Both the position numbers and the translations under genes were made by a program. From NCBI GenBank assembly GCA_964411985.1, contig CAYPNF010000005.1:108974-172973 (forward strand): a stretch of 64,000 nucleotides of DNA. The letters run 5' to 3'. The notes beneath the pieces were generated by a model. It was not told where the DNA came from and did no database searches. It was given only the letters and a program-made list of their open reading frames with translations. Of this stretch, positions 18,295 through 27,631 are shown piece by piece. How positions within the stretch are numbered: the first letter of the stretch is position 1; every line of letters begins with the position of its first letter. The DNA is from an uncultured Verrucomicrobiota bacterium. Lineage in GTDB: Bacteria > Verrucomicrobiota > Verrucomicrobiia > Limisphaerales > J093.

Positions 18295-19170
18295 ATGATC
18301 TGCCGTTACTACCAAAATGGCCAGCAACTGGATGTTGCCGGACTCAACGTTGTCACCGTACTCGTTGACCGTGGTGAAACCCAGCTCACCGAGGTCGGCT
18401 GGAACCGTTGGCGTCAGGGATTAGAAGGGCCACCTCACAACCATGAAGCGAAGGAGCAAATCTTCTACGTTACTGATGGTGAAGGCATAGTATTGGTCGG
18501 GCCAGCCCGTTACTCCGTCCAGCCCGGCAGCTTGATTTATGTGCCGCCGAAGGTCGTCCATCAGACGATCGTGACCGGAGACGCCCCGCTAAGCTATATC
18601 CTATTTAACGCGTTTCTTGACGTCACCAAGGAAGGGCAAGCGTCGTATGCGGAGCACATCGAGAAGGTCAAAGAGGTCCGGCGCCTGCAGGCGCACTTCC
18701 GGCGAGCGGCCGTGGCGGGCGCCGACGCGAGCGGCGTTTCCGATCAACCTGGCAAACATGTCGAGGACATTCACCAGGGCAGGGTGTTTGACTTTGGTTC
18801 AAACACTTCGACTTTGCTCATGGAGCGGAATGAAACCCAGCGTTGCGAAGTCACGCTGGTGACCTGGCCCAAGGGAAACAAGGGCGCTATGGTCGCGCAC
18901 AAAGAGAAGGAACAAACGTTCTTCGTGGTGTCGGGCCGCGGGCAAGTGACGATTGGCACGGAGACCTGCGACGTGGGCGTGGGCGATGTCATCTTCGTTC
19001 CGTGGAACACGCCTCACACCACCGCGGCCCCCGATGTGGAATTAAGCTACCTCTGCTTCAACACCCTCGTCATCGAGCCGCCCGACAAAAGCTTTGCCGA
19101 TTCATACCAACGGGTTGCAAGTGGACGTATTGCCCGGTGGAAATCCGGCGATACAACGGTGGGCGAGTAG
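18295..19170 (+). CDS. Bicupin protein (two cupin_2 domains)
   Basis: PHNHEAKEQIFYVTDGEGIV...YVPPKVVH, and a second module AHKEKEQTFFVVSGRGQV...IFVPWNTPH. 291 aa. Confidence 0.75.
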   Translation: MICRYYQNGQQLDVAGLNVVTVLVDRGETQLTEVGWNRWRQGLEGPPHNHEAKEQIFYVTDGEGIVLVGPARYSVQPGSLIYVPPKVVHQTIVTGDAPLSYILFNAFLDVTKEGQASYAEHIEKVKEVRRLQAHFRRAAVAGADASGVSDQPGKHVEDIHQGRVFDFGSNTSTLLMERNETQRCEVTLVTWPKGNKGAMVAHKEKEQTFFVVSGRGQVTIGTETCDVGVGDVIFVPWNTPHTTAAPDVELSYLCFNTLVIEPPDKSFADSYQRVASGRIARWKSGDTTVGE

Positions 19171-19199
19171 CCTGTGAGGGTCCCCTCTGGACTAACGCT

Positions 19200-20249
19200 T
19201 TGAACATCCTATTCTACTTCGTACAGCCAAGAGCGAGAACACGCATTGTTTCGCTGCTGCTTGCCGTGGCTGGGCTGACGGATGTCTGCGCTCAGACCCC
19301 CGGTACCGCCGCCGAGCCCGTGCGCTACATTGGCACTGAGCAGGCCGATACCACGCACGATGGTGGTCTGCGCTGGGCCATCGGCGTAAAGAGCTGGCAG
19401 GCCTTTCGCGCCAACCGCGCCCACCCCGAACTGGCCGAGGGTTTCGGCTGGACCTACAACCATGCGCCCATGCTCGCCTATTGGCGCGACCGCTTCTGGA
19501 TCGAATACCTCAGTGCGGCCAAGGATGAAAACCGCGGACCGATGCACACGCTGCTCATGTCCTCCGCCGACGGCATCCACTGGGACAAACCGTGTGTGGT
19601 CTTTCCCCAATACACGACGCCCGACGGCAAGATTGCCCAGGTGCATCAGCGCATGGGTTTCTATGTCGCGCCCGATGGCCGGTTGCTCGTGCTCGGTTTC
19701 TACGGCCCCGAACGAAGCCCCAACGAGGGCGGCGGCATTGGACGAACCGTGCGCGAAGTATATGCCGATGGCAATCTCAGCCCGATGTACTTCATTCGCT
19801 ACAGCCTGCACAACGGCTGGAATGAGCGGAACACTTCCTTTCCCTCCTATACCAACTCCCCCGACGCAGGATTCAAACGCGCGTGCGAAGCGTTGCTGGC
19901 CAACAAGCTCATGACCCTTCAATGGTGGGAGGAAGATCGAGCCAAGGACGGCTTCTACCCCGACTTGGGTGAGCAAGTGCTCAAGGCGCTTTCGTTTTAT
20001 CATCGCAAGGATGGTGCGGTGGTCGCCCTTTGGAAAAACTCGTGGACCGCGCTTTCGACCGACGAAGGGCGTACGTGGAGCCGCCCGGTCCAAGCGCCCT
20101 CGCTGGTCATGGCATCGGCCAAAGTCTGGGGGCAGCGCACGTCGCCGACCTTGCGCGATCCCAAATCGCCCGGCGAGGATTTCCCCAATGCCGATCAGCC
20201 CATGCCCGAGGCGATCTTCTGCATTGATGACGTGTCGGTGAGCGAGTAG
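19200..20249 (+). CDS. BNR/sialidase-like propeller protein, paralog 2 of 3; lacks the C-terminal LamG-like domain; only plausible start is TTG, so possibly decaying
   Basis: Clear homology to 16252..18210 over ~320 aa (AEPVRYIGTEQADTTHDGGLRWAIGV, MGFYVAPDGRLL, LMTLQWWEEDRA). The first in-frame start after the cupin stop is TTG at 19200, giving the signal-like MNILFYFVQPRARTRIVSLLLAVAGLTDVCA. ORF tool start 18843 overlaps the cupin gene by 327 nt. Confidence 0.55.
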   Translation: MNILFYFVQPRARTRIVSLLLAVAGLTDVCAQTPGTAAEPVRYIGTEQADTTHDGGLRWAIGVKSWQAFRANRAHPELAEGFGWTYNHAPMLAYWRDRFWIEYLSAAKDENRGPMHTLLMSSADGIHWDKPCVVFPQYTTPDGKIAQVHQRMGFYVAPDGRLLVLGFYGPERSPNEGGGIGRTVREVYADGNLSPMYFIRYSLHNGWNERNTSFPSYTNSPDAGFKRACEALLANKLMTLQWWEEDRAKDGFYPDLGEQVLKALSFYHRKDGAVVALWKNSWTALSTDEGRTWSRPVQAPSLVMASAKVWGQRTSPTLRDPKSPGEDFPNADQPMPEAIFCIDDVSVSE

Positions 20250-20269
20250 CACAAAGGAGTAGCGCATCT

Positions 20270-21538
20270 ATGAGTATGAAACGCACAACGATCTTCCGGT
20301 TGATCTCTTGGCTGGCTTGCCGCTTGCCGGTGACACCGGCACTGACCAACACCAAGCTTCTTCTGCTGGTCAGTCTTGTATTCGCCATCGCCATCAGCGG
20401 CTGCAAACACCCTCCAGCCGGCCATGGAGCCCAGCCGATGAAGGATGTCGTCGTCGCCAGCGAAGTCGGCAAGTTTTGCGGCTGGCCGGCCAACAACGGC
20501 CTTTGGCGCTGGGACAACGGCCGGGAGATCCTGGTGGGGTTCTCCTTCGGGGATTTCGTCGAACAGCAGGGCCACAACCTCAAGGGCGGGAGCGATGCCA
20601 CGTTGGGCGTCGTGAGCCGCCTGGCGCGCAGTCGAGACGGCGGCCTGACCTGGACGGTCGAGGATCCGGACAGGTTCGTCGGAGACGGGGGCGTGGCGGC
20701 AGATTCCCCTGGTGGATTCGACTTTCAGGCCCCGGGCTTCGCCCTGCGAGTCGTGGGCGTGGGCTATCACGGGTCCCAGGACCCGGCAGGTTCACTTTTC
20801 GTCTCCGGCGACCGGGGGCGGACCTGGCGGGGCCCCTACCGGTTCGGCGCGCTCATGAAGGATGCCAACCTTCAGGGGATGGCCTTGACCGCCCGCACGC
20901 GCTATTTGGCGACCGGCCCGGGTTCCTGCCTGCTGTTCATGTCGGCGCGCCCCAGTGCCAGCGTCCCGGGACAGATTGCGACGGACAAGAGCTTCGTGGC
21001 TGAGACGACCGACGGAGGGCGAAGCTTCCACTTCGTCTCTTGGGTCGTGCCGCTCCAGGATCCTTATCGGGCGGTGATGCCGGCGGTGGGACGACTGGCC
21101 GACGGAACGATCCTCGCTGTGCTCCGCCGTCGCGACGTTGCCGACAATCATGCCCCGTGCTGGGTGGATTGTTATGCTTCGCGGGACAACGGACGCTCGT
21201 GGAGCTTCTCGAGCCTGGTAGGCCAGACCGGCGCAGAAAACGGAAATCCGCCGGCGCTAACGGTGCTCCAGGACGGGCGGGTGGTTTGCGCCTATGGCGA
21301 CCGCTCGTGCGATAAACTCTTCGCCCGGGTAAGCGCTGACGGAGGCACATCGTGGGGTGAGGAGATTGTGCTGCGCGAGGATTTTCAACCGGACAGATTT
21401 GGCGACCATGATTTTGGATATCCCCAGTTGACTACGAATGAACGGGGTGAGGTGGTTACCCTATATTACTGGGCCACAAAGGAACTGACGCAGCAGCACA
21501 TTGCTGCGACGATTTGGAAACCGGGCATTCGTCACTGA
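20270..21538 (+). CDS. BNR/Asp-box repeat lipoprotein (exo-alpha-sialidase-like beta-propeller)
   Basis: Lipobox-like AISGC. Five Asp-boxes: SRDGGLTW, SGDRGRTW, TTDGGRSF, SRDNGRSW, SADGGTSW. Confidence 0.8.
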   Translation: MSMKRTTIFRLISWLACRLPVTPALTNTKLLLLVSLVFAIAISGCKHPPAGHGAQPMKDVVVASEVGKFCGWPANNGLWRWDNGREILVGFSFGDFVEQQGHNLKGGSDATLGVVSRLARSRDGGLTWTVEDPDRFVGDGGVAADSPGGFDFQAPGFALRVVGVGYHGSQDPAGSLFVSGDRGRTWRGPYRFGALMKDANLQGMALTARTRYLATGPGSCLLFMSARPSASVPGQIATDKSFVAETTDGGRSFHFVSWVVPLQDPYRAVMPAVGRLADGTILAVLRRRDVADNHAPCWVDCYASRDNGRSWSFSSLVGQTGAENGNPPALTVLQDGRVVCAYGDRSCDKLFARVSADGGTSWGEEIVLREDFQPDRFGDHDFGYPQLTTNERGEVVTLYYWATKELTQQHIAATIWKPGIRH

Positions 21539-21541
21539 GCC

Positions 21542-24370
21542 GTGCGCCAAACCAGTCCAACCATGAGTACACCCTGTAAAGACGCGAAGAGTATGACAGC
21601 GTGGTTTCTGCCTACCCAGGCTGCGGGACTGTTATGCCTGGCGCTGGCGATTGAAGTGAGCGCAGTGGCTGCGGAACCGGACGGGGTGCGCCGGGTGTAC
21701 TCCCATTTGCTCGAGCCGAGCGAGCATCCGGATTACGGCCGTCGGACGGTGAAGCCGCCGACGTGGGTGACTTTCAAGAACCGCACCCAATTCACCTGCC
21801 TGCGCGGGTTCGCTACTAAGGACGGACAGTTGGTTGGCTTTGCTGAAGAGCTGGAGAAGTTCACGCGGACACACGAGCTGGGCGACGTCATCTGGCCTTC
21901 CTACGAAGTGCTGTTCGCGAAGAACCTCGGAGAGGTGGCCGATGAGATTAAGCGCCGTGACCTTTACCTCTTCGACATCTGGGGCTATGTGCCGGGGTCA
22001 GGTCCGGGCGGCTATTGGCAGCAGTTCACCCCGCCCGCAGGCGCGTTGGCCACTCTCGAATCCACCCTCGGCGAACACTGGTTGGGCACGGACATCGGCG
22101 AACAGGATGGCCGCTACATTGGTGGTTATGCGGATCAGATGACGCCCGCCTCGGCCAGTCGCTTCGAGCAATACCTGAATTTCCAGCGTCACTTCGAAAA
22201 GATGGGTGACGATCTCGGTCACAAGCACGCGACCTTGGTATCGCTGAATTTCGGCCATTACTTCCTGAAGGAGGGAACTTACACGCTCATCGGCGCTGAG
22301 ACGGCCCAAGCCTTGCCGAACAACCAGGTCTATTACGCGTTCATCCGCGGTGCTGGGAAACAATACGGCGTGCCGTGGTTTGGCAACGCCTCTCTCTTCA
22401 ATCGCTGGGGCTACAAGACCTACGGCTCAGCGGGCGGCAGTGGTGGCGATACACACAGCCCGACCCACGGCACGAGCCTGAGCCTAATGAAGCGCTTGCT
22501 CTACTCTCACATTCTTTACAACTGCGTCGCGGTCGGTTTCGAGAACGGGTGGTTTGAAGGCGAAAAGCTCTCACCCATTGGTCGGATTCAGCAGGCCGCC
22601 CAGCGCTGGGTCAAGGAGAATGGTCAACCCGGCGTCATGCACACCCCAGTGGCGCTGCTTCTCGATTTCTATTCCGGTTGGACATTTCCGCGTCATCTTT
22701 ACTGGGCTGATGTCTACCGCGTTTGGGGCAACTTGCCTTACGAGCCGGGCGATTATCTGACCGACGTGGTGCTTGACGCCCTCTATCCCGGCTATCAGAA
22801 CTCGTCGTACTTCCACGATGAATCCGCTTTCATCGCCCCGACCCCTTACGGTGACCTAGCGGATTGCCTGCTGAGCGACGCTCCACTGTGGGTGTTAGAG
22901 CGCTACCCGGTCGTGATCGTGGCCGGTGAACTCCGAGGCAGCCGCGAGGTGCGCGACAAACTTCAGTCCTACGTTGAGCGCGGCGGGCACGTGGTCATCA
23001 CGGCGGGCAATCTCGCCAAACTCCCCGGCGGTTTGGCCGGACGAACCGAAGCGGTCAACGCGACAGTCTCGTGCGGCCGGGGGCAAGTGACTCTCTTTGC
23101 CAGTCCGTTCGGCGTGAAACCCCAACAGCTGCCGGAGCAGCTGCTGCGCAGCGAAATAGACAAGCCGTTGCCGAAGCCATATGCACTCGAACCCGACGTC
23201 CGGAGACGGCTGGAGCAAATCTTCCGATCGCAGCAACTCTTCCAGTTACACGGCGAAGGGCTGAGCCTCATCACCTGCCGCAGGCAGGCCGGCGAATACA
23301 CCATCGGCATCGCGAACAACACCTGGCGAGAACAGCCGTTTCGTCTCGAGTCGCTCTGCGGCGAGATAGAGTCGTTCCGCGAGTTGCCGCTGGACCAATC
23401 AGAGAAAGGGGCGATCGGGCAAACCCCCATCGGTGTCGACGCCACGCAGTTGGGTGCGGGCGGCGAGGGTAAGATCGCCGGCGGGGATGTGAGCATTTTC
23501 GCGGTTAAGGTGAAGGAAACTGGCCTTGAGGAAATTCAGCACGTTACGCCACCGCCGCGTCCTCATGATTGCTTCCTCACCCTGCGGCACGCAAGTTCGA
23601 TCAAGGAGGAAATCCTGGCACGGCCCACGTTTTTCGAGCATTTCGACGGCGTGTGCGTGGACTGGAGGGTTTTGCACGAGCGCGAGCGGGCGACGCTGCA
23701 GAAAGAAGCCCGCTGGCTCAAACGGCAGGCCGTGCGCATCATTGTGGATTTTAGTTCCGGCTTGAATCTATACCCAACGCTCCGGTTGCTCAACAACGTG
23801 CCTGCCGATTACGAAGCCAGTATGATGGTCTGGACTGATGTGCTGGCGAAGATGGAAATCCTGGGTGCGAAGGACGTTATCTTCTCGCTGCACCGGAATC
23901 CTGAAAACAACTTCACCGGTGAGCAGGAGAATGCGGGCTATTGGAGCACGCTGAAGAACCTGGCCGGGCAGGCTGCGGCGCTCGGAGTCACGCTGCATCT
24001 GCGCGTTGGGGCGGGAAAGCCGCCGCGGAACTTTCCCGAAGCCTTTCATTACCTCGAGCCCGTGAACGCGCCCAACCTGAAGCTGGCCGTGGAGACAGCG
24101 ATGCTGGACGGGCAACCCATCGACAGTGAGTTACTTGCTCGCCTGAAGGGCCGTGTCGGGATATGGCTTGTCGCCGCACAGAAAACCGACATCGGCGGCA
24201 AGGTGTGGGACAACCATGCCGCGCTCCAATCCCTGCGGGATCGCAAAGCCGTTGCCCAATGGCTGGCCACTTCTCCGGGTGCGCCGAAAATTCTCGACGG
24301 GGTGTACGCAAGCCAAGACGACGAGTATCTGGACGTGCTCATCTTGGACCGGATGCTGAAGGAACAATGA
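21542..24370 (+). CDS. Large secreted fusion protein: glycoside-hydrolase-like TIM barrel with GH42-type GATase1-like trimerisation domain + C-terminal sugar-phosphate isomerase/epimerase (xylose-isomerase-like TIM) domain; function unknown
   Basis: Probable signal peptide at the internal Met (MTAWFLPTQAAGLLCLALAIEVSAVAA). The motif PVVIVAGELRGSREVRDKLQSYVERGGHVVITAGN resembles the beta-galactosidase trimerisation domain. The C-terminal 300 aa (RIIVDFSSGLNLYP...VTLHLRVGAG) resemble the AP-endonuclease-2 / sugar phosphate isomerase family. Confidence 0.65.
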   Translation: MRQTSPTMSTPCKDAKSMTAWFLPTQAAGLLCLALAIEVSAVAAEPDGVRRVYSHLLEPSEHPDYGRRTVKPPTWVTFKNRTQFTCLRGFATKDGQLVGFAEELEKFTRTHELGDVIWPSYEVLFAKNLGEVADEIKRRDLYLFDIWGYVPGSGPGGYWQQFTPPAGALATLESTLGEHWLGTDIGEQDGRYIGGYADQMTPASASRFEQYLNFQRHFEKMGDDLGHKHATLVSLNFGHYFLKEGTYTLIGAETAQALPNNQVYYAFIRGAGKQYGVPWFGNASLFNRWGYKTYGSAGGSGGDTHSPTHGTSLSLMKRLLYSHILYNCVAVGFENGWFEGEKLSPIGRIQQAAQRWVKENGQPGVMHTPVALLLDFYSGWTFPRHLYWADVYRVWGNLPYEPGDYLTDVVLDALYPGYQNSSYFHDESAFIAPTPYGDLADCLLSDAPLWVLERYPVVIVAGELRGSREVRDKLQSYVERGGHVVITAGNLAKLPGGLAGRTEAVNATVSCGRGQVTLFASPFGVKPQQLPEQLLRSEIDKPLPKPYALEPDVRRRLEQIFRSQQLFQLHGEGLSLITCRRQAGEYTIGIANNTWREQPFRLESLCGEIESFRELPLDQSEKGAIGQTPIGVDATQLGAGGEGKIAGGDVSIFAVKVKETGLEEIQHVTPPPRPHDCFLTLRHASSIKEEILARPTFFEHFDGVCVDWRVLHERERATLQKEARWLKRQAVRIIVDFSSGLNLYPTLRLLNNVPADYEASMMVWTDVLAKMEILGAKDVIFSLHRNPENNFTGEQENAGYWSTLKNLAGQAAALGVTLHLRVGAGKPPRNFPEAFHYLEPVNAPNLKLAVETAMLDGQPIDSELLARLKGRVGIWLVAAQKTDIGGKVWDNHAALQSLRDRKAVAQWLATSPGAPKILDGVYASQDDEYLDVLILDRMLKEQ

Positions 24371-24479
24371 CGGTGGAAAGCGCACCGTGGCGGCACCAAA
24401 TGATCTCCAACGCTGGGAAATGGTGACGCTGCGAGCGGAATTGTGAGAGTGGACCTATGACGGGCAAAAGTAAGAACTT

Positions 24480-26321
24480 ATGAAGACCATTCCTTCTTCA
24501 AGACACCTGAAACGGTGTTTCTTTCTCGGACAGAAAGCTGGACTTTTATGCCTGGCGCTTGCAGCTAGCGCTGCACCAGCCCAACCGCTAACCTACACGG
24601 GCGGCATTTATGGGGATGCCCTTTCTGCCCATGACGGGAAGTTGCGCTGGGCGGTTGGTGTCCAGAATGTCCAGGTATCCCGATCGGCTCCGGACAATCC
24701 GGGTGCGACGGATGGCAGCACAACCCTATACCGCCATCATCAGATGATCGCCTACTGGGGCGGGCGATTCTGGTCGTTCCACTCCGGGGGTGTTCAATTG
24801 TGCTGGTCTACAAACGGTTTGGATTGGTATCCCGGCGCGGATTCCTCCAATGTCATTCATGGCGGCGCTTCGAGAATGGCCTTCTATGTCGCTCCGAACG
24901 GTCGGTTCCTCGTCAGTCAGGCGAACGCAGGACGTTCCGGCGGGCCGGGCGAGAGGTTGGTCAGGGAAATCCTGGGACCGAAGTCCTACGGACCCGAGAC
25001 CTACAATGTGAAGACCAACTTCGCAGGGCCGCTCGCGCGAATGGCTCCCTACTACACGAGTTCGAGCGATGCTGGCTTCAGGGCTGCCTGTGAAGCACTG
25101 CTCGGTGACCCCCTTTTCTGCCAGCAATGGCAGGAGGAGGACCAGGATCCCAACTTCTACACCATCAGCACCGAGACCCTTCCCCGAGTGCGTGAATGGA
25201 AGGCATTTAATTGGTATCGGCTCGCTGACAACCGGATTGTGGGGGCTTGGAAAAAGCACTACATGGCTGTGAGCACTGGAACAAACTGGACCAGGGACAT
25301 GGTTCCCGCTCCCGCCGAGGTGACATCGTTTGGCTTCAATCCCAGCGCCAAGGTGTGGGGGACACGCACGAAGGATGGTCGCTATGCGTTTGTAGGGTGC
25401 ACGCCTGGAAGACCCGGTGGTGATTTGCACCGGCGATGGCCATTGGCAGTGACCACATCGGGAGACGGCTTGAAGTTCGACACCCCTTACCTGGTGATTG
25501 CCGGGGATATGCCCCCGCAGCGCTATGAGAATGCCGCCGGTGATGATAAGAACTCCGGGCCCCAGTATGTTCGTGGTATCTGCCCGGGGAATGGGGACCC
25601 GCCCGGGAGAGACCTCTGGCTGACCTACAGCATGAACAAGGAAGATATCTGGGTGGCCTGCGTGCCCACACCCATCTTGGGACAGGTGACCAATGAGGTG
25701 CGCGAGGACTTCCAGGCCCAACCGCTAGGACACCGCATCGAGGGCTGGAATACCTACAGCCCTCAGTGGGCTCCGGTGACGATTGCTGCTGAAGGCACAA
25801 ACTGCTTCCTGCAGCTCGAGGATCGCGATCCCTGCGACTATGCCAGCGCGATGCGCATTTTCCGACAGAGCCCTTCGGCGCGTCTGGCTTTCCAAATCCG
25901 GGCGCACGAGGCAAATGCCCGCAGCGCGCCTTTGGAGATTGATGTGGTCTCTGGCGACGGCACCCGCGCCGTGGCACTCTCCTTCAACCCGACGAACAGT
26001 CACCTTATGGCCTGGAATGGTGGCATGCGGCAGAACGTGAAGGCCTACACCACGAACCGTTGGATCAGCGTGGAGCTGGCTGTGGATGCTGGTAGCCAGT
26101 TCTATTCCCTCAAGGTGGACGGCAGCCCGGTGCTCACCAACGCATCGTTTCTTGAAGCCGCCAGCAGTGTTGAGCGCATCGTGTTTCGCACAGGCGAGTT
26201 TCGGTTGCGCGATTTTACGCGGCGTCCCCAGGTGGATGGAACCTGGCTGACGAACCGCATTCCAAATGCTGATGTGTTGCAGCCGACCAGCCGCTATGAC
26301 TTGGACGATGTCGCACTTTAG
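24480..26321 (+). CDS. Secreted BNR/sialidase-like propeller protein with C-terminal LamG-like domain (paralog 3 of 3)
   Basis: Signal peptide with the same GLLCLALA core as the 21542 gene. Family blocks GPQYVRGICPGNGDPPGRDLWLTYSMNKEDIWVA and WNTYSPQWAPV. C-terminal domain (VERIVFRTGEF) collinear with paralog 1. Confidence 0.8.
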   Translation: MKTIPSSRHLKRCFFLGQKAGLLCLALAASAAPAQPLTYTGGIYGDALSAHDGKLRWAVGVQNVQVSRSAPDNPGATDGSTTLYRHHQMIAYWGGRFWSFHSGGVQLCWSTNGLDWYPGADSSNVIHGGASRMAFYVAPNGRFLVSQANAGRSGGPGERLVREILGPKSYGPETYNVKTNFAGPLARMAPYYTSSSDAGFRAACEALLGDPLFCQQWQEEDQDPNFYTISTETLPRVREWKAFNWYRLADNRIVGAWKKHYMAVSTGTNWTRDMVPAPAEVTSFGFNPSAKVWGTRTKDGRYAFVGCTPGRPGGDLHRRWPLAVTTSGDGLKFDTPYLVIAGDMPPQRYENAAGDDKNSGPQYVRGICPGNGDPPGRDLWLTYSMNKEDIWVACVPTPILGQVTNEVREDFQAQPLGHRIEGWNTYSPQWAPVTIAAEGTNCFLQLEDRDPCDYASAMRIFRQSPSARLAFQIRAHEANARSAPLEIDVVSGDGTRAVALSFNPTNSHLMAWNGGMRQNVKAYTTNRWISVELAVDAGSQFYSLKVDGSPVLTNASFLEAASSVERIVFRTGEFRLRDFTRRPQVDGTWLTNRIPNADVLQPTSRYDLDDVAL

Positions 26322-26557
26322 CCTAAGCCCAGCGATCAGACATATGACCCACGTTGAGCGTCCGATAGCACGCACGCGATTTCCAGAAGACCCTGCCTTC
26401 TAAGTTACTCCTCTTTATCAGACACCTACCTCCGCAGGCAAAGTTGGCTTCGTTTCCAGTCTCCGGTGGGATGACTCTTGCGGCAGAGATGAGGCCTGAA
26501 TCTGACTCGACTTCGGGTGCTGAAACCGGCATGTTTGAGCGTTGGGTTTGAAGGTTT

Positions 26558-27532
26558 ATGAACAGGAATTCGGAAGCAGATGGCTCGGCCCCGGTTTTGG
26601 GTTTGATCGGTAACACCCCGATGGTTCCGCTACTTTTTCGGAAGGAGGGTGTGACGGTCTATGTGAAGTGTGAGTATCTGAATCCGAGCGGCAGCATCAA
26701 GGATCGGCTTGCCAAGACAGTGATCCTGGACGCTGAAGCGCGGGGTTTGTTGCAGCCTGGAGCGGTGATCCTCGAGTGCACAAGCGGGAATACGGGGGTC
26801 TCGCTGGCGATGGTCGGTACCGCGAAGGGGTATGGGGTGACGATTTTAATGTCCGAAAGAGCCAGCGAAGAGCGTCGGCACCTCATTCGCCAACTGGGCG
26901 CTGAACTGATTCTTTTCCCGAGCGAAGGTCGATATCAGACCGGGATTGATCTATCACGGGAAATGGCAGCCAAGGATCCTCGGTATTTCCTGCCGCGCCA
27001 GTTTGAGAATCCTCTCAATACCCAGGATCACCTTGAACACACGGGGCAGGAGATCCTCAGACAAGTTCCCGGGCCAATCGATGCCTTCGTGGCCGGGTAC
27101 GGCACTGGGGGCACTCTCAGCGGCTGTGGAAAGGCCATCAAAGCCCGTCACCCGCACGCTCGGATTCTGGCCATGGAACCTGCGGAAAGCGCTTTGCTGG
27201 CGGGGGAATGCCCATGCTGCCACTTCATCGAAGGGATTGCAGGCGGTTTTATACCGCCGCTGCTTCGAGATGCCCCGCTGGATGGCAGTGTCAAAGTGAG
27301 CAGCCAGGACGCCATGGCGATGACCAAGCGGCTCCACCGCGAGTTTGGGTTGTTGGTGGGGACAAGTTCAGGAGCCAACGTGGCAGCGGCGGTTCAGATT
27401 GCCCTGGAGGCAGGCCCTTCCAGCGTGATCGTGACCATGCTCTGCGATAGTGCGGACCGGTATTTCAGTACGCTCTTGTTTCGGGAGGGATCTGCACGGT
27501 CCTCGGGCCAGCCCGGGGATTGCGGACATTGA
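26558..27532 (+). CDS. cysK: Cysteine synthase / PLP-dependent beta-replacement enzyme (CysK/CysM family)
   Basis: GNTPMVPL, PSGSIKDRLA (PLP-binding Lys), TSGNTGVSLA, GTGGT motifs. 324 aa. Confidence 0.85.
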   Translation: MNRNSEADGSAPVLGLIGNTPMVPLLFRKEGVTVYVKCEYLNPSGSIKDRLAKTVILDAEARGLLQPGAVILECTSGNTGVSLAMVGTAKGYGVTILMSERASEERRHLIRQLGAELILFPSEGRYQTGIDLSREMAAKDPRYFLPRQFENPLNTQDHLEHTGQEILRQVPGPIDAFVAGYGTGGTLSGCGKAIKARHPHARILAMEPAESALLAGECPCCHFIEGIAGGFIPPLLRDAPLDGSVKVSSQDAMAMTKRLHREFGLLVGTSSGANVAAAVQIALEAGPSSVIVTMLCDSADRYFSTLLFREGSARSSGQPGDCGH

Positions 27533-27631
27533 CCGACTTCCTTTCCACGGCTTCGGCACGTGGAAGCACTACCGGGTCGCGTTCGCCTTCGGATCCTGCC
27601 TTCGTCTCGGCAGTGCTTCGAACATCCGATC

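Noticed and set aside
18843-19199. Upstream extension of the paralog-2 ORF to the ATG at 18843
   Set aside because: It would overlap the bicupin gene by 327 nt, and the extension (MRSHAGDLAQGKQGRYG...) has no signal peptide. The homologous signal peptide begins at the TTG at 19200.
26322-26557. Possible S-box/SAM riboswitch upstream of cysK
   Set aside because: The 236-nt leader lacks the conserved SAM-I elements (no GAGGGA/kink-turn core, no clear P1-P4 arrangement), so no riboswitch call is made.
26323-26616. 97-aa minus-strand ORF in the cysK upstream region
   Set aside because: It spans an intergenic region and the 5' end of cysK in antisense; no motif. Likely spurious.
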